Positions 30,767 to 41,141 of a DNA stretch of 64,000 bases are shown piece by piece. The stretch lies in the NCBI GenBank assembly GCA_963737655.1, contig CAVTTN010000002.1:4800001-4864000 (forward strand). The letters run 5' to 3'. Both the position numbers and the translations under genes were made by a program. This DNA is from an uncultured Planctomycetota bacterium. GTDB lineage: Bacteria > Planctomycetota > Planctomycetia > Isosphaerales > Isosphaeraceae. Position 1 is the stretch's first letter; the number at the start of each line of letters is the position of its first letter. The notes beneath the pieces were generated by a model that saw only the letters and a program-made list of their open reading frames with translations, had not been told where the DNA came from and searched no databases.

Positions 30767-32290
30767 ATGGCCACGACCATCCCCGCAGCTTCCCGGGCCC
30801 AGCCGTTCACCACGAACGTCCCGGCCCGGCTCGACCGCCTGCCCTGGAGCCGCTGGCACGGGAAGGTCGTGATCGCCCTGGGCATCACCTGGGTGATTGA
30901 CGGCCTCGAAGTCACCCTCGTCGGCGCCGTCAGCCCGATCCTGGAGCATCGCGACACGCTCGGGCTGACCAGCACGCAAAACGGCCTGCTGAACACGGCC
31001 TATCTCCTGGGCGCGGTCCTGGGGGCGCTGGTTTTTGGCTATTTGACCGACCTTCTCGGCCGGAAAAAGCTATTCACGGTCACGCTGGGCCTCTACCTCG
31101 TGGCGGCGTTCCTCACGGCGTTCTCCTGGAATTTCTGGAGCTTCGCCGTCTTCCGATTCTTCACCGGGGCGGGGATCGGCGGCGAGTATTCGGCGATCAA
31201 CTCGGCGATTGACGAGCTGATCCCGGCGCGATTGCGAGGGCGGGTGGACCTGGCGATCAACGGGACGTTCTGGGTCGGCGCCGCGATCGGGTCCCTGGCG
31301 ACGGTCTTCCTGCTCGACCCGCGAATCCTGCCGGCGGACCTGGGCTGGAGGCTGGGGTTCGGGATCGGCGCGGCGGTGGGCCTGGTCGTCGTGTTCCTCC
31401 GCCATTCGGTGCCCGAAAGCCCCCGATGGCTGATGACCCGGGGCCGGAAGGACGAGGCCGAAGCGATCGTCTCGGAGATCGAAACGGCCATCGAATCGGA
31501 GCCGGGCTCGCGGCCTTTGGCTCCGGCCGATCGCTCGATCCGCATCCGCCCTCACGGCCCGGTCGGCTTCGGCCGGATCGCCTCGACGATGCTCCGCCAG
31601 TACCCGAAACGCACGGTCCTGGGCCTGACGATGGTGCTCTCGCAGGCGTTCCTCTACAACGGCGTGTCGTTCGCGTTCGCGCTGATCCTGGCGAAGCTTT
31701 ATGGCATCGCCGAGGACCGCGTCGGGCTGTACCTCCTGCCGTTCGCCCTGGGGAATTTCCTGGGACCGCTGGTCCTCGGGCGATTCTTCGACACCGTGGG
31801 CCGCAAGCCGATGATCGCGGGGACGTATGCGATCTCGGCGGCCTTGCTCGTGGTCTCGGGGTTCCTGTTCGAGAGGGGGATGCTCTCGGCGACCTCGCAA
31901 ACGCTCCTCTGGGCCGTGATTTTCTTCTTCGCGTCGGCGGCGGCGAGCTCGGCGTATTTGACAGTCAGCGAGATCTTCCCCCTGGAGCTCCGGGGGATGG
32001 CCATCGCCCTGTTCTACGCGAGCGGGACGGCGATCGGCGGGCCTCTGGCGTCGTGGCTGTTCGGCCGATTGATCGACGAGGCGAAGCCGCTGCACGACCA
32101 GGCCGGGCGAGTCATCTGGGCGGCCCGGCCGGGGCTGATCCTCCAGGGCGACCTGATCGCGGCGGCGATCCTGGCGGTGGCGGTGGCCGTCGTCCTGATG
32201 TTCGGGGTCAAGGCCGAACGCACGGCGCTCGAAGACGTGGCCGACCCGCTCTCGGCGGACCACGGCCCGGAGGGATCGGCCGGTCAGTGA
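30767..32290 (+). CDS. MFS transporter
   Basis: RLDRLPW, TDLLGRKK, GIGGEYSAI, PESPRWL and SEIFPLELRG motifs. Confidence 0.92.
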   Translation: MATTIPAASRAQPFTTNVPARLDRLPWSRWHGKVVIALGITWVIDGLEVTLVGAVSPILEHRDTLGLTSTQNGLLNTAYLLGAVLGALVFGYLTDLLGRKKLFTVTLGLYLVAAFLTAFSWNFWSFAVFRFFTGAGIGGEYSAINSAIDELIPARLRGRVDLAINGTFWVGAAIGSLATVFLLDPRILPADLGWRLGFGIGAAVGLVVVFLRHSVPESPRWLMTRGRKDEAEAIVSEIETAIESEPGSRPLAPADRSIRIRPHGPVGFGRIASTMLRQYPKRTVLGLTMVLSQAFLYNGVSFAFALILAKLYGIAEDRVGLYLLPFALGNFLGPLVLGRFFDTVGRKPMIAGTYAISAALLVVSGFLFERGMLSATSQTLLWAVIFFFASAAASSAYLTVSEIFPLELRGMAIALFYASGTAIGGPLASWLFGRLIDEAKPLHDQAGRVIWAARPGLILQGDLIAAAILAVAVAVVLMFGVKAERTALEDVADPLSADHGPEGSAGQ

Positions 32291-35200
32291 GCCGGCTTCG
32301 CGGCCGGAAGGAACGGCCAGGCGGAAACGATCGCGTCCCGGAGGAACGCCGAGAACCCCGGGCGGTCGCGGATCGCCTCGAAGTCCGGGTTGGTCGTCAG
32401 GAGACGGACGCGATCGGCGTAACGGAAGAAGCCCAGGCCGCGGGCTTCTTCCAGGAAGGCGAGGGCTTCGCTCGCGAGCCGGTCGCGATCCGAGGGCGAG
32501 CCGTGTCTCGCGGCCAGGGCCAGGGCGCAGGAGGCTTCGTAGAGCATCGGGGCACGGTTCGGGCCTCGGGCGGCGTTCATGGCGTCGATCGCCTCGCTCT
32601 CGGCGGCCTCGGCCCGGCCCGATCTCGCGAGGGCGGCGGCCCGGTTCACCCGGACCCACGGGCCTTGCATCCCGTCATCGAAGGGAAGGGCGCGGTCCAG
32701 GGCCTCGACGGCCTCCTCATGGCGGCCCAGCCGGGTCAGGGCGTCGGCGCGGACGCTCCAGGCGTTGCGGAGGAACTCCCGGCCTCGCGAGTGCGCCGGC
32801 TGGAGCCCCAGGAGCGCCTCCAACGTCGTGACCGCCCGATCGAGCCAGGGCAGGGCTTCGGCCGGCCTGCCGTCTCGGGCCAGGAGCGACGCCATGTTCA
32901 CCTGGCCGGCGCCCAGGATCTCGGCGAACGCGATCCGCCCCGGCGAGTCGTGGACGAGCGTCTCGGCGATCTCCACGAGCCGGGCGTTTTCGGCCTCCGC
33001 CTCGGCGATCTTCCCCTGCGTCTGGTCCAGCAAGCGGAGGTCGTTGTGGGCCACGGCCATCTGGTAGCGGTAATCGACGACGTCCGGGTGCTCGTCGGCC
33101 AGGGGCTTGAGCACCTTGAGCTTCGCCCGGACGTGGGCCTCGGCCTCGTCGAGCTTGCCCGTCTTCATCAGGAGGAGGGCGAGCGTGGCATGGGGCGACA
33201 GCGAGGGCAGGAGATAGCCGAGGTAGTCCGGGTAACGGGCCAGGACGGCGTCGTAGTCGGCGATCGCCCGCCGGAGCAGGACCTCGGCCTCGTCCAGCCG
33301 TTCCCGGCGGAACAGGTGGTGCCCCAGCAGCCCCTCGGCCGAGGCGAGATAGGCCAGGACGCCAAGATCGTCGGGCCGGGCCTGGGAGAGCGCCCTGAGC
33401 CGATCCACGGCAGCCTCCAGCGCCTGTCGGGCCTCGTCCCAGTGCCCGACCTGCTCGTGGGTGGCGGCGACCTGCTCCAGGGCGGCGGCCAGCCCCAGCT
33501 CATTGCCCACGTCTCCGGGTTGATGGCCCAGCGCCTCGCGCCTCAGCGCCACCGCCCGGGAGGCGTCTTCGAGGCCCTCGGCCAGCCGCCCCCGGCCCGC
33601 CTCGATCTTCGACAGGCACGCATACGCTTCGGAAAGGCACTCGCGATGCCTCGTCTCGGCGCGGCCGGAGTCTTCCAGAGGCTGGAGGATCGCCACGGCC
33701 CTCCGGTACGCCGCTTCCGACTCTTTGGCCAGCCCCAATCGGCCCCGGATCGTCCCGGTCGTCACGTTCGCCAGGCCCGCCTCGTACAGGGTGCCGGGGT
33801 CGTCGTCCTGGGGGATCACGTGGTCCTCGTAGAACTTCAGGGCGGTCTCCTGGATGTCGTTCTGGAGCCGGTCCATCTTGCCGCCGAGGTTCGGCAGCTC
33901 CGGGACGATCTTGCCGAACATCCGGCCGACCAGCTCTCGCGACGTCTTGAGGTTCGTCCGGGCCAGGGCGAGGTTTTCCTCGGCTCGTTTCCGATGGAGA
34001 TCGGCGGAGGCGCGGTTCTTCTCCGCGGCTTCCCAGTTGGCCTGGGCGATCGTCCTCTGATGGCGGGTCCGGGCGTTGGCCTCGCCCAGGAGGATCGTGC
34101 CGACGAGCAGGGCCACGACCGCCGCGCCGAGCCCGGCCACGCCCCCGGCCACCAGCGTCTTGTGCCTCTTCGCCCACCGGCCCGCCCGGCGCCTCCGGGG
34201 CTCGCGATAGGCCGAGACCGGCTCGTCGGCGAGCCATCGCTCGATCTCCTCGGCCAGGAGCCGGGGGCTGGCGTACCGACCCTCGGACTCCAGGGCCATG
34301 GCCTTCAGGCAGACGGCCTCCAGGGCCGGGTCGAGCTCGCGGACGAGGCTCCGGGGCCGGGGGAAGTCGCCGGCCTGGACGTGCTTCAGGACCTCCGCCA
34401 CGTCCCGGCTCGGGAACGGCGGGCGGCCGGTCAGCAAGGCGTAGAGCGTCGCCCCGAGGCTGTAGACGTCGCTGGCCGCGCCGAGCTTCTCGAGCTGACC
34501 GGCCGCCTGCTCCGGGCTCATGTACCCGGGCGTCCCCACGACCGAGCCCGGCAAGGTCTCGGCGCTGCCGCTGGCCGAGGACGGCCGGAGCGTCCTCTCC
34601 GAATCCGAATCGCCCTCGCCATTGCCGTCATCCGACCGCCCCACGGCCTTCGCCACGCCCCAATCGACCACCAGGGTCTCGCCATACTGGCCGACCATGA
34701 TGTTGTTGGGCTTCAAATCGCGATGCAAGACCCCTCGCGAGTGGGCATAGGCCACGGCGTTGCAGACGTCCAGGAACCGACGGAGGAGCTTCTGGAGGCC
34801 CAACGCCCGGGCCCCGGGATCGTCCCAGGACTCGCGATGGAACCGATCGATGGCGTCCTTCAGGCTGTCTCCCCGGATGAACCTCATCGCATAGAACGGC
34901 CGGCCGTCTTCATAGCGACCCAGCCCGTACACCGGGACGATCCCGGGATGCTCCAGGCCGCCGGTGACCTCCGCCTCGACAACGAACCGGGCCCGGCTGG
35001 CGGGGTCGTCGGCATGGCGATCCTGGATCTCCTTCAGGGCCACTTCGCGGTTGAGCTCGGCATCGTGAGCCACGTAGACCACGCCCAGGCCGCCCCGGGC
35101 ATGGTCGCGGAGCCGCCGATACCGAGGCCCCTGGCCGAGGGAACCGGCCTTCGGGGAGGCCGCCATCGAAAACGATCCGCGATCGCGGGTCGAGGGGACG

Positions 35201-35520
35201 AGCTCCAGGCTGGTCGTCAGCTCGCGGTCGCCGATCGAGCGAATCCCCTGGAGCATCCATTCGGCCGAGCTCAACGTCCCCAGGCTCCGGGACGCATCGC
35301 CGCCCTGCCGCTCCACATGGCGATCCACCATCGGCTCCAGCAACGCCCGGTCCGAGGCGCTCAAGGCCCCCCGGCGGACCAGGATCTCTCCAAGCGGCCG
35401 CTCCTTCTCCAGGACCCAGGCATGCATCGCCGAGATCAGGTCCTCGCGAGAGACGAAGTCCATCTGGACCGCGAGGACGCCGAAGAGAAGGTTGCGGTCC
35501 GAGGCGCGTGGGGGGGGCAT
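32284..35520 (-). CDS. Ser/Thr protein kinase with TPR C-terminus
   Basis: ARGGLGVVY, VALK, HRDLKPNN, DWG, GTPGYMSPEQ; central hydrophobic segment; helical repeats. Confidence 0.92.
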   Translation of the reverse strand: MPPPRASDRNLLFGVLAVQMDFVSREDLISAMHAWVLEKERPLGEILVRRGALSASDRALLEPMVDRHVERQGGDASRSLGTLSSAEWMLQGIRSIGDRELTTSLELVPSTRDRGSFSMAASPKAGSLGQGPRYRRLRDHARGGLGVVYVAHDAELNREVALKEIQDRHADDPASRARFVVEAEVTGGLEHPGIVPVYGLGRYEDGRPFYAMRFIRGDSLKDAIDRFHRESWDDPGARALGLQKLLRRFLDVCNAVAYAHSRGVLHRDLKPNNIMVGQYGETLVVDWGVAKAVGRSDDGNGEGDSDSERTLRPSSASGSAETLPGSVVGTPGYMSPEQAAGQLEKLGAASDVYSLGATLYALLTGRPPFPSRDVAEVLKHVQAGDFPRPRSLVRELDPALEAVCLKAMALESEGRYASPRLLAEEIERWLADEPVSAYREPRRRRAGRWAKRHKTLVAGGVAGLGAAVVALLVGTILLGEANARTRHQRTIAQANWEAAEKNRASADLHRKRAEENLALARTNLKTSRELVGRMFGKIVPELPNLGGKMDRLQNDIQETALKFYEDHVIPQDDDPGTLYEAGLANVTTGTIRGRLGLAKESEAAYRRAVAILQPLEDSGRAETRHRECLSEAYACLSKIEAGRGRLAEGLEDASRAVALRREALGHQPGDVGNELGLAAALEQVAATHEQVGHWDEARQALEAAVDRLRALSQARPDDLGVLAYLASAEGLLGHHLFRRERLDEAEVLLRRAIADYDAVLARYPDYLGYLLPSLSPHATLALLLMKTGKLDEAEAHVRAKLKVLKPLADEHPDVVDYRYQMAVAHNDLRLLDQTQGKIAEAEAENARLVEIAETLVHDSPGRIAFAEILGAGQVNMASLLARDGRPAEALPWLDRAVTTLEALLGLQPAHSRGREFLRNAWSVRADALTRLGRHEEAVEALDRALPFDDGMQGPWVRVNRAAALARSGRAEAAESEAIDAMNAARGPNRAPMLYEASCALALAARHGSPSDRDRLASEALAFLEEARGLGFFRYADRVRLLTTNPDFEAIRDRPGFSAFLRDAIVSAWPFLPAAKPAH

Positions 35521-35790
35521 GCGTGGGCGGTCCGTCGTCGAGGTCCGTCATCCCATCAGGAAACGAGATCATACCAGACCCTTCCGATCGACGACGATCC
35601 CCCTCGGAACGCAACCGGCAACGAATCCCCGGCGGACGGGCAAATCCTCCTTGCCAGGCCCGAGACGGATCGATAGCCTCGCAAAGGTCGCCGCGCGAAT
35701 GCGTGCCGAAGACCCGCCGGTCACCCCGCGGCTTCGGGCGGCGAATCGCCCTCCCCTCCCCGTCGCGCGGTACAACTCTCGGGGGCCGTC

Positions 35791-35982
35791 ATGAAGGTAG
35801 CCGGGGTCATGTTGGCGGTTTTGGGCGGCCTCTTGATCCTCAGCGGACTGAGGCTTGCCGTCACCAAGTACGACCCGAATTCGACCCACGACATGAACAA
35901 GCTCGTCGGGGGCCTCTGCATCTCCGCCTTGATCCTCGCCGCCGGGATCGCGATGATCGTCAAATCGAAACCCGACGCCTGA
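35791..35982 (+). CDS. Small two-TM membrane protein
   Basis: 63 aa, two hydrophobic helices, plausible codon usage. Confidence 0.6.
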   Translation: MKVAGVMLAVLGGLLILSGLRLAVTKYDPNSTHDMNKLVGGLCISALILAAGIAMIVKSKPDA

Positions 35983-36298
35983 TCCCGACCGCCTCGGGAC
36001 CTCCCCATGCCGCCGACTTCGGCCTCGGGCGGCGGACCCGCCGACCCGGGCGAGACCTGACGGCCAGGATCGTCCCGGTCGGGCGCCATGCGTCCGCCCT
36101 CGGAAGCATGACCCGGTCAAACCCGCGCCGAAGCCAGGCTGACGTGGACGCCGGGATGCCGCCCGACCGGGGCCTCCGACGGCGCGTGCCCCGACGGCCC
36201 GCCCTCCCCCGCCGGGCTTTTCTGGTATCCTCGTGGTCCTCGTCGGCGGACGAGCCGCCGAGCCTGGTCCTGAGGGGGTCGCGTCCTTGAGCGTTTCG

Positions 36299-36943
36299 AT
36301 GCAGTCCATCCGGAGATGGCTCGGCGAGAACAGCCTTTCGACCGTGTTCTTCGCCCTCTTCGTCGCCTCGATCGCCGGCCAGAGCGTCACCGGCCTGACC
36401 GGTTATAATGATGTATTACAAGCACATGGCCGACCGCCGATTCGTTACGGGGAATACCTCGTCACGGGGGATTTCCTCTCGGGGATCTTCTCGAACTGGC
36501 AGGCGGCCGTGTTGCAGCTTGGGTGCTTGATCGTGTTCAGCACGGTCCTCCGGCAAAAAGGGGCGAGCCACTCGCTGAGGCCGACCCATCCGCCCGACGA
36601 GGCGGCCCGCAAGAGTCGGGAAAACCGTCATGCCTCCTGGCTCTACCGCCATTCCCTCTCCCTGGCCTTCGCCGGGCTCTTCGCCGGGTCGTTCACCGCC
36701 CACGTGGTCTTCGGCACCTGGGCGTACAACGAGACCCGCGCCCTCGGCGGGCAATCCCCGGTCTCCATCGCCTCTTACGTGACGACCGGGACGTTCTGGA
36801 CCAGGACCCTCCAGACCTGGGAGGCGGAATTCGTCGCCATCTGGATGTTCGTCTTCCTGAGCATCCATTTGCGCGAGCAAGGGTCGGCGGAATCCAAGCC
36901 CATCGAGAGCCGCGACGACGAGACCGGCGTCACCAACGAATGA
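36299..36943 (+). CDS. DUF6766-like membrane protein
   Basis: Duplicated ENSLS/HSLS...NWQ/TWE...LRQKG/LREQGSAESKP pattern. Confidence 0.7.
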   Translation: MQSIRRWLGENSLSTVFFALFVASIAGQSVTGLTGYNDVLQAHGRPPIRYGEYLVTGDFLSGIFSNWQAAVLQLGCLIVFSTVLRQKGASHSLRPTHPPDEAARKSRENRHASWLYRHSLSLAFAGLFAGSFTAHVVFGTWAYNETRALGGQSPVSIASYVTTGTFWTRTLQTWEAEFVAIWMFVFLSIHLREQGSAESKPIESRDDETGVTNE

Positions 36944-37044
36944 ACGAACGACAAAGAACGGCAAAGTCTTAAAGAATTCGGTTCCATGCCTCGGGTCATG
37001 CTTACGAAAACGTAAGTTCGTGTTCGGCGCATCGAATCGCATGA

Positions 37045-37114
37045 GTAGAGTCCGCTATTGCGGACCTCTTCGAGATGATGCCAAATCGAAGAGGTCCGCA
37101 ATAGCGGACCCGAC
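37045..37114. repeat. GTAG-type REP inverted pair
   Basis: gtagagtccgctattgcggacctcttcga ... tcgaagaggtccgcaatagcggacccgac. Confidence 0.85.
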
Positions 37115-37839
37115 AAGACTGCCCTCGACCACGCGAATAAAATTCACATGTAATCACTTTTCAAATATTATATACTTTCTAAAGATCCTTACATGATTTT
37201 CATGCATTAAATTCCGTTTCTCTCTGATATTTCGGCGCCTTGAAATCCACATGCCGGAAAACGACATCCCGGCGAAACTGGACAACACTTTTTCCCGAAA
37301 AACGCGCCGAACGGCGGTTTTCTGGCTGTGAACGAGCGCGCAACGACCGGTGCGCGCCGATTTACCGTGATTCGAGAATTCTTTGAATCATCGGCCGCAA
37401 AACCCTGTCATCGCAGGCATTACGCCAGACGTCCCGCGCGACCCTCCGGCGGGTTTCGGGCCCGAATCGCCGGACCGCGGCGGCGCCCCATTGACCCCAG
37501 CAGTCACGCATCTTTTGATCGACGGCCGATTCGAAATGGGCTTTCGGCACCTGCAATTTACGCGGCCTGCGTGGATTGGAGAATCAGGACTTGAAACTCC
37601 AATCCGTGCAAAATGCGTCATTTGCGGCGGATCGTGGCCCGCTTCCGGATTCGGTGATCGTCTCGGCGGTCGGGCTCGATGGTTTCGAGCGACATGAGCC
37701 GCGACGGGGCCGGGAGTGCCGGCCCGGGCGGGTCGGGTCGTTTCCCGGGGCCCGGGCCGTGATGCGTCCTTCGCTTCTCCGAGGGTCGGGACCTGCCCGA
37801 CCCGTGAGGTGCTCGATCGAGACCCGCCGCCGCCGGGGT

Positions 37840-38451
37840 TCAGCCGACGAGTCGGCCGTCGGCCAGGTGGCGTTCGAGCTTGCGGAGGGCCTTGTACTTC
37901 TCGTCGCTGACCCGGGTGACCGGCATGGCCAGGGTCTCGGAGATCTCCGGGACGGTCCAGCCTCGGGTCCAGAGTTCGACGATCCGGTCTTGCCGGGGCG
38001 AGAGGACGGCCTTCCTCGCGTTCTCCAGGAGCTCGCCGAGTTCCTGCCGCTCGCGGTCGCGGGCGTCGACGTCGGGGCCCGGGGTGGACTGGGCGTCGAG
38101 GGGCTGGAACTTCTTGGTGCGCTGGACCCGCTTGCGGACGGTGTCGATGGCGCGGACCAGCTCGCGGCGCTCGGGGGTGTCGTCGGCCAGGACGAGGTTC
38201 AGGTCGAGCTGGCCGGCTCGGGCCTTGCCCAGGAGCCGGCAGCAGACCTCCTGCGTGCAGTCGTCCCACAACCCCGGGTCCAGGTGGGCGTTGCGCCAGC
38301 AGACGGTGCAGTATCTCTGGATGTCGCGGACGAGGTCCGTCTCGGTGGCCTGGGCCGTGAGGGCGGCCAGGCCCATGACCAGGGCGATCGCGGCGGGGCC
38401 GGCGCCCTGGCGGCGAGGTTTGGCGGATTGGGGTCTGGGGTCGTCGGGCAT
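37840..38451 (-). CDS. ECF-type sigma-70 factor with hydrophobic N-terminal extension
   Basis: Region 2-like DDCTQEV..RLL; region 4 LSPRQDRIVELW..GWTVPEISETL...VSDEKYKALRKL. Confidence 0.75.
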   Translation of the reverse strand: MPDDPRPQSAKPRRQGAGPAAIALVMGLAALTAQATETDLVRDIQRYCTVCWRNAHLDPGLWDDCTQEVCCRLLGKARAGQLDLNLVLADDTPERRELVRAIDTVRKRVQRTKKFQPLDAQSTPGPDVDARDRERQELGELLENARKAVLSPRQDRIVELWTRGWTVPEISETLAMPVTRVSDEKYKALRKLERHLADGRLVG

Positions 38452-38548
38452 TCCGGGCCACTCCGATCCGGGGGCGTCGATTCGCCTCGCCCCCGATTCC
38501 AACGGACATCCACGGCGGGCGATCCCGCCGACGGCGATCATTTTCGCT

Positions 38549-39262
38549 TCAGGACGAGAATCGGCCCCGGGCCGGGCGGCCCGGTCGGCGGGGATAGGCG
38601 ATGGTCCAGCCCCGTTCCAGGGCCAGCCGGCGGAGCCTCCGGTGAGGGTGGACGACCACGGCCCGGCCGACCCTCGCGAGCAACGAGCGGTCGCTCCAGT
38701 TGTCGCCGTAGGCCGTCGCGTCGTCCATCGAGATCCCCCGGTCGGCGGCCCATCGCGAGGCCCAGTAAAGCTTTCCTTCGCCGTAGCACGGCGGGCCTTC
38801 CCCCGCCCCGACCAGGCGCCCGGCCTCGACCCTCACGGGCGTGGTGATCGTTGCCTCGCACCCGAGGTACTCGGCCAGGGGGGCGATCACGATCCCGGGC
38901 GAGGACGAGACCAGGACGACCGGCGTCCCGCCCCTCTTCAGGCCGCCGAAATGCTCGACGACCCCCTCGTACAACCGGGGCTTGACATGCTCGGTGAAGT
39001 TATCATACGCAATGCGTTCCAGTTCGACTATGGGGATGCTCGCGATGTTCCTCAGCCCGTAATCCACGAGCCTGCCGTAATCGAGCCGGCCGAACCGGTG
39101 CTGGAGGCCGTGATACATCGCCCGGATCACGAACGACCGCTTGATCATCCCCCGGCGGCGGAGGATCCGGGCGAACAGGTACGTGGTCGTCTCGGCCAGG
39201 AGCGTGCCATCGACGTCCACGAACGCGACCGACGGCGGGGTGTCGAACTTCGGCCAGGTCAT
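38549..39262 (-). CDS. HAD-IB family hydrolase
   Basis: FVDVDGTL, LVSSS, CYGEGK and AYGDNWSD motifs; start overlaps the glmM stop. Confidence 0.88.
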   Translation of the reverse strand: MTWPKFDTPPSVAFVDVDGTLLAETTTYLFARILRRRGMIKRSFVIRAMYHGLQHRFGRLDYGRLVDYGLRNIASIPIVELERIAYDNFTEHVKPRLYEGVVEHFGGLKRGGTPVVLVSSSPGIVIAPLAEYLGCEATITTPVRVEAGRLVGAGEGPPCYGEGKLYWASRWAADRGISMDDATAYGDNWSDRSLLARVGRAVVVHPHRRLRRLALERGWTIAYPRRPGRPARGRFSS

Positions 39263-40689
39263 GACTCGCCCCGGACCCATCTCCCGAGGAAATTGGCCAG
39301 TTCCTGGGCCTCTTCGCGGTCCCGGGCCTCGGCGATCACCCGGACGATCGGCTCGGTATTGCTCGATCGGACATGGGCCCAGCAATCCGGCCAGTCCAGC
39401 CGCAGCCCGTCGCGACGATCGGCCTTGGCGTCGGGATGGGCCTCGGCGATCCGGTCGAACAGCTCCGAGACCGACGGCCCCGAGGGGTCCAGCGGATACT
39501 TCTCCTTCACCATCGAGTAATTCGGCAATTCGTCCACGATCTTGGAAAGCGGCTGGCCGGTCTCGGTCATCAAATCCAGGACCAGGGCCATCCCCACGAA
39601 GCTGTCGCGGACCAGGCCGACCCTCGGGTCGATCACCCCGCCGTTCCCCTCGCCGCCCAAAATCGCGGAATGCTCCTCGATCCCCTGGACCACGTGGATC
39701 TCGCCGACGGGGGTTCGGTAGACCGGGCAACCGTACTCGGCGGCGACGTCGTCGATTACCCGGGAGGTCGAGAGGTTGCAGACGACCGGGCCTTTTTCCT
39801 GGGAAAGCCGCCGGCGGACGGCCAGAGCCAGGGTCAATTCCTCGCCGATGTAGCGGCCGGTCTCGTCGATGATGGCGAGGCGGTCGGCGTCGGGGTCCTG
39901 GGCGAAGCCGACGTCGGCGCGGAACCCGGGGACGAACCCGCAGAGGTCGCGGAGGTTCGATTCGGTCGGTTCGAGGGGGCGGTCATAGCGGCCGTCGGGC
40001 TCGGTGCCGATGCCGAAGACGCGGCAGCCCAGGGCTTCGAGCAGGGCCATTCCGGTCGGCCCGCCCCCTCCGTGGCATCCGTCCAGGACGACCCGAAATC
40101 CCCTGGCCCGGATCGCCTCGCCGTTGACGATCGGCTTCACGCGGCCGAGGTGAAGGGCGTCCGGTCGTGGTGTAGCGTCGGGCCGGACGATCCGGCCCAC
40201 AGCGTCCCAGGGGACCCACCGAAACGCCTTCTCCTGGAACCGTGCGAGCATCTCCCGGCCCTCGTCCGGAGTGAGGACCGACCCGGTGCCCCGGAAGAAC
40301 TTCAACCCGTTGTACTCGGCCGGGTTGTGGGACGCCGAGATCTGGATCCCGCCGAAAGTCGGAAACGAGCGGGGCCGGGGCTCGGGTGGGAGTTGGGATG
40401 AGGCCGACAGGGTGCGGTTCCACCCGGACATGGCCCGGACACGGAAGCCAACCGTCGGAGTGGCCGCGGCGCCGAGGCAGACAGCCTCACACCCGCTCGC
40501 CGAGACGGCGGAGAGGACGGCATCCATGAACAACGAGGCGGTGGGCCTCCCGTCGTGGGCGACGTAAATCGTCGAGCCGACCGGCAGGCCCGCCGCGTAG
40601 GCCGCCGCGAACTCGGCCACGACGATCGGGTCGAGCCCGTCGCCGACGATGCCCCGAAGCCCCGAGATGCTGGCGATCCGAGTCCCCAC
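39259..40689 (-). CDS. glmM: Phosphoglucosamine mutase / phosphohexomutase
   Basis: SISGLRG, ISASHNP catalytic Ser, DPDADR, GGEGNGG, RSSNTEP; GTG start. Confidence 0.85.
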   Translation of the reverse strand: MGTRIASISGLRGIVGDGLDPIVVAEFAAAYAAGLPVGSTIYVAHDGRPTASLFMDAVLSAVSASGCEAVCLGAAATPTVGFRVRAMSGWNRTLSASSQLPPEPRPRSFPTFGGIQISASHNPAEYNGLKFFRGTGSVLTPDEGREMLARFQEKAFRWVPWDAVGRIVRPDATPRPDALHLGRVKPIVNGEAIRARGFRVVLDGCHGGGGPTGMALLEALGCRVFGIGTEPDGRYDRPLEPTESNLRDLCGFVPGFRADVGFAQDPDADRLAIIDETGRYIGEELTLALAVRRRLSQEKGPVVCNLSTSRVIDDVAAEYGCPVYRTPVGEIHVVQGIEEHSAILGGEGNGGVIDPRVGLVRDSFVGMALVLDLMTETGQPLSKIVDELPNYSMVKEKYPLDPSGPSVSELFDRIAEAHPDAKADRRDGLRLDWPDCWAHVRSSNTEPIVRVIAEARDREEAQELANFLGRWVRGES

Positions 40690-40811
40690 GCCGACCCCTC
40701 CGCGCTGATCGTCCCGAACCCCAATCCCAAGTCCGCCCAGCCCCACAGGATAGGCGGAGCCCCCACCTCCGGGCAAGGGAACTCGGCCGGACGCATGTTG
40801 GGACCATTCAT

Positions 40812-40974
40812 CGGGTGGAGCTCCCGAATCTGGGGTTTGTTCGGGTGCCCCCGGTTCTTGAACCGGGGCGGCGCAGCCGCAAGAGGCCGCTCGGGAAGTC
40901 CTGCGGTGCCTCGTGCGTCTGCGCCGCCCCGGTTCGAGAACCGGGGGCACCCCAGAAGTTCCAGAATCCAGAGC
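40812..40974. repeat. REP/MITE-like element, family D, doublet form
   Basis: Two CCCCGGTT-N4-AACCGGGG palindromes with a spacer; same outer flanks as 27251-27335. Confidence 0.85.
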
Positions 40975-41141
40975 GATACCCCCATTCATCTGCCCGGCAG
41001 GCAGGCCGCGTGCCCGAGGATCACGTTCCCTTCGACCATCGCCGAGGGCGTGGGCGACCAGCCTCGGGCGAGACGGCTCGCCAGCAATTCGTCGGCCGAG
41101 GGCCGATGGTCCCAGACGGCGACCGCCGTCACCACGCCGAA

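Noticed and set aside
31426..35676. Very long antisense or alternate-frame ORFs (e.g. 31426..35676, 3901..7251, 17453..20167, 43541..45586)
   Set aside because: Shadow ORFs of real genes in stop-poor high-GC DNA, with no recognisable motifs.
37130..37260. Replication origin in the AT-rich tract
   Set aside because: No DnaA-box cluster seen and no dnaA/dnaN context.
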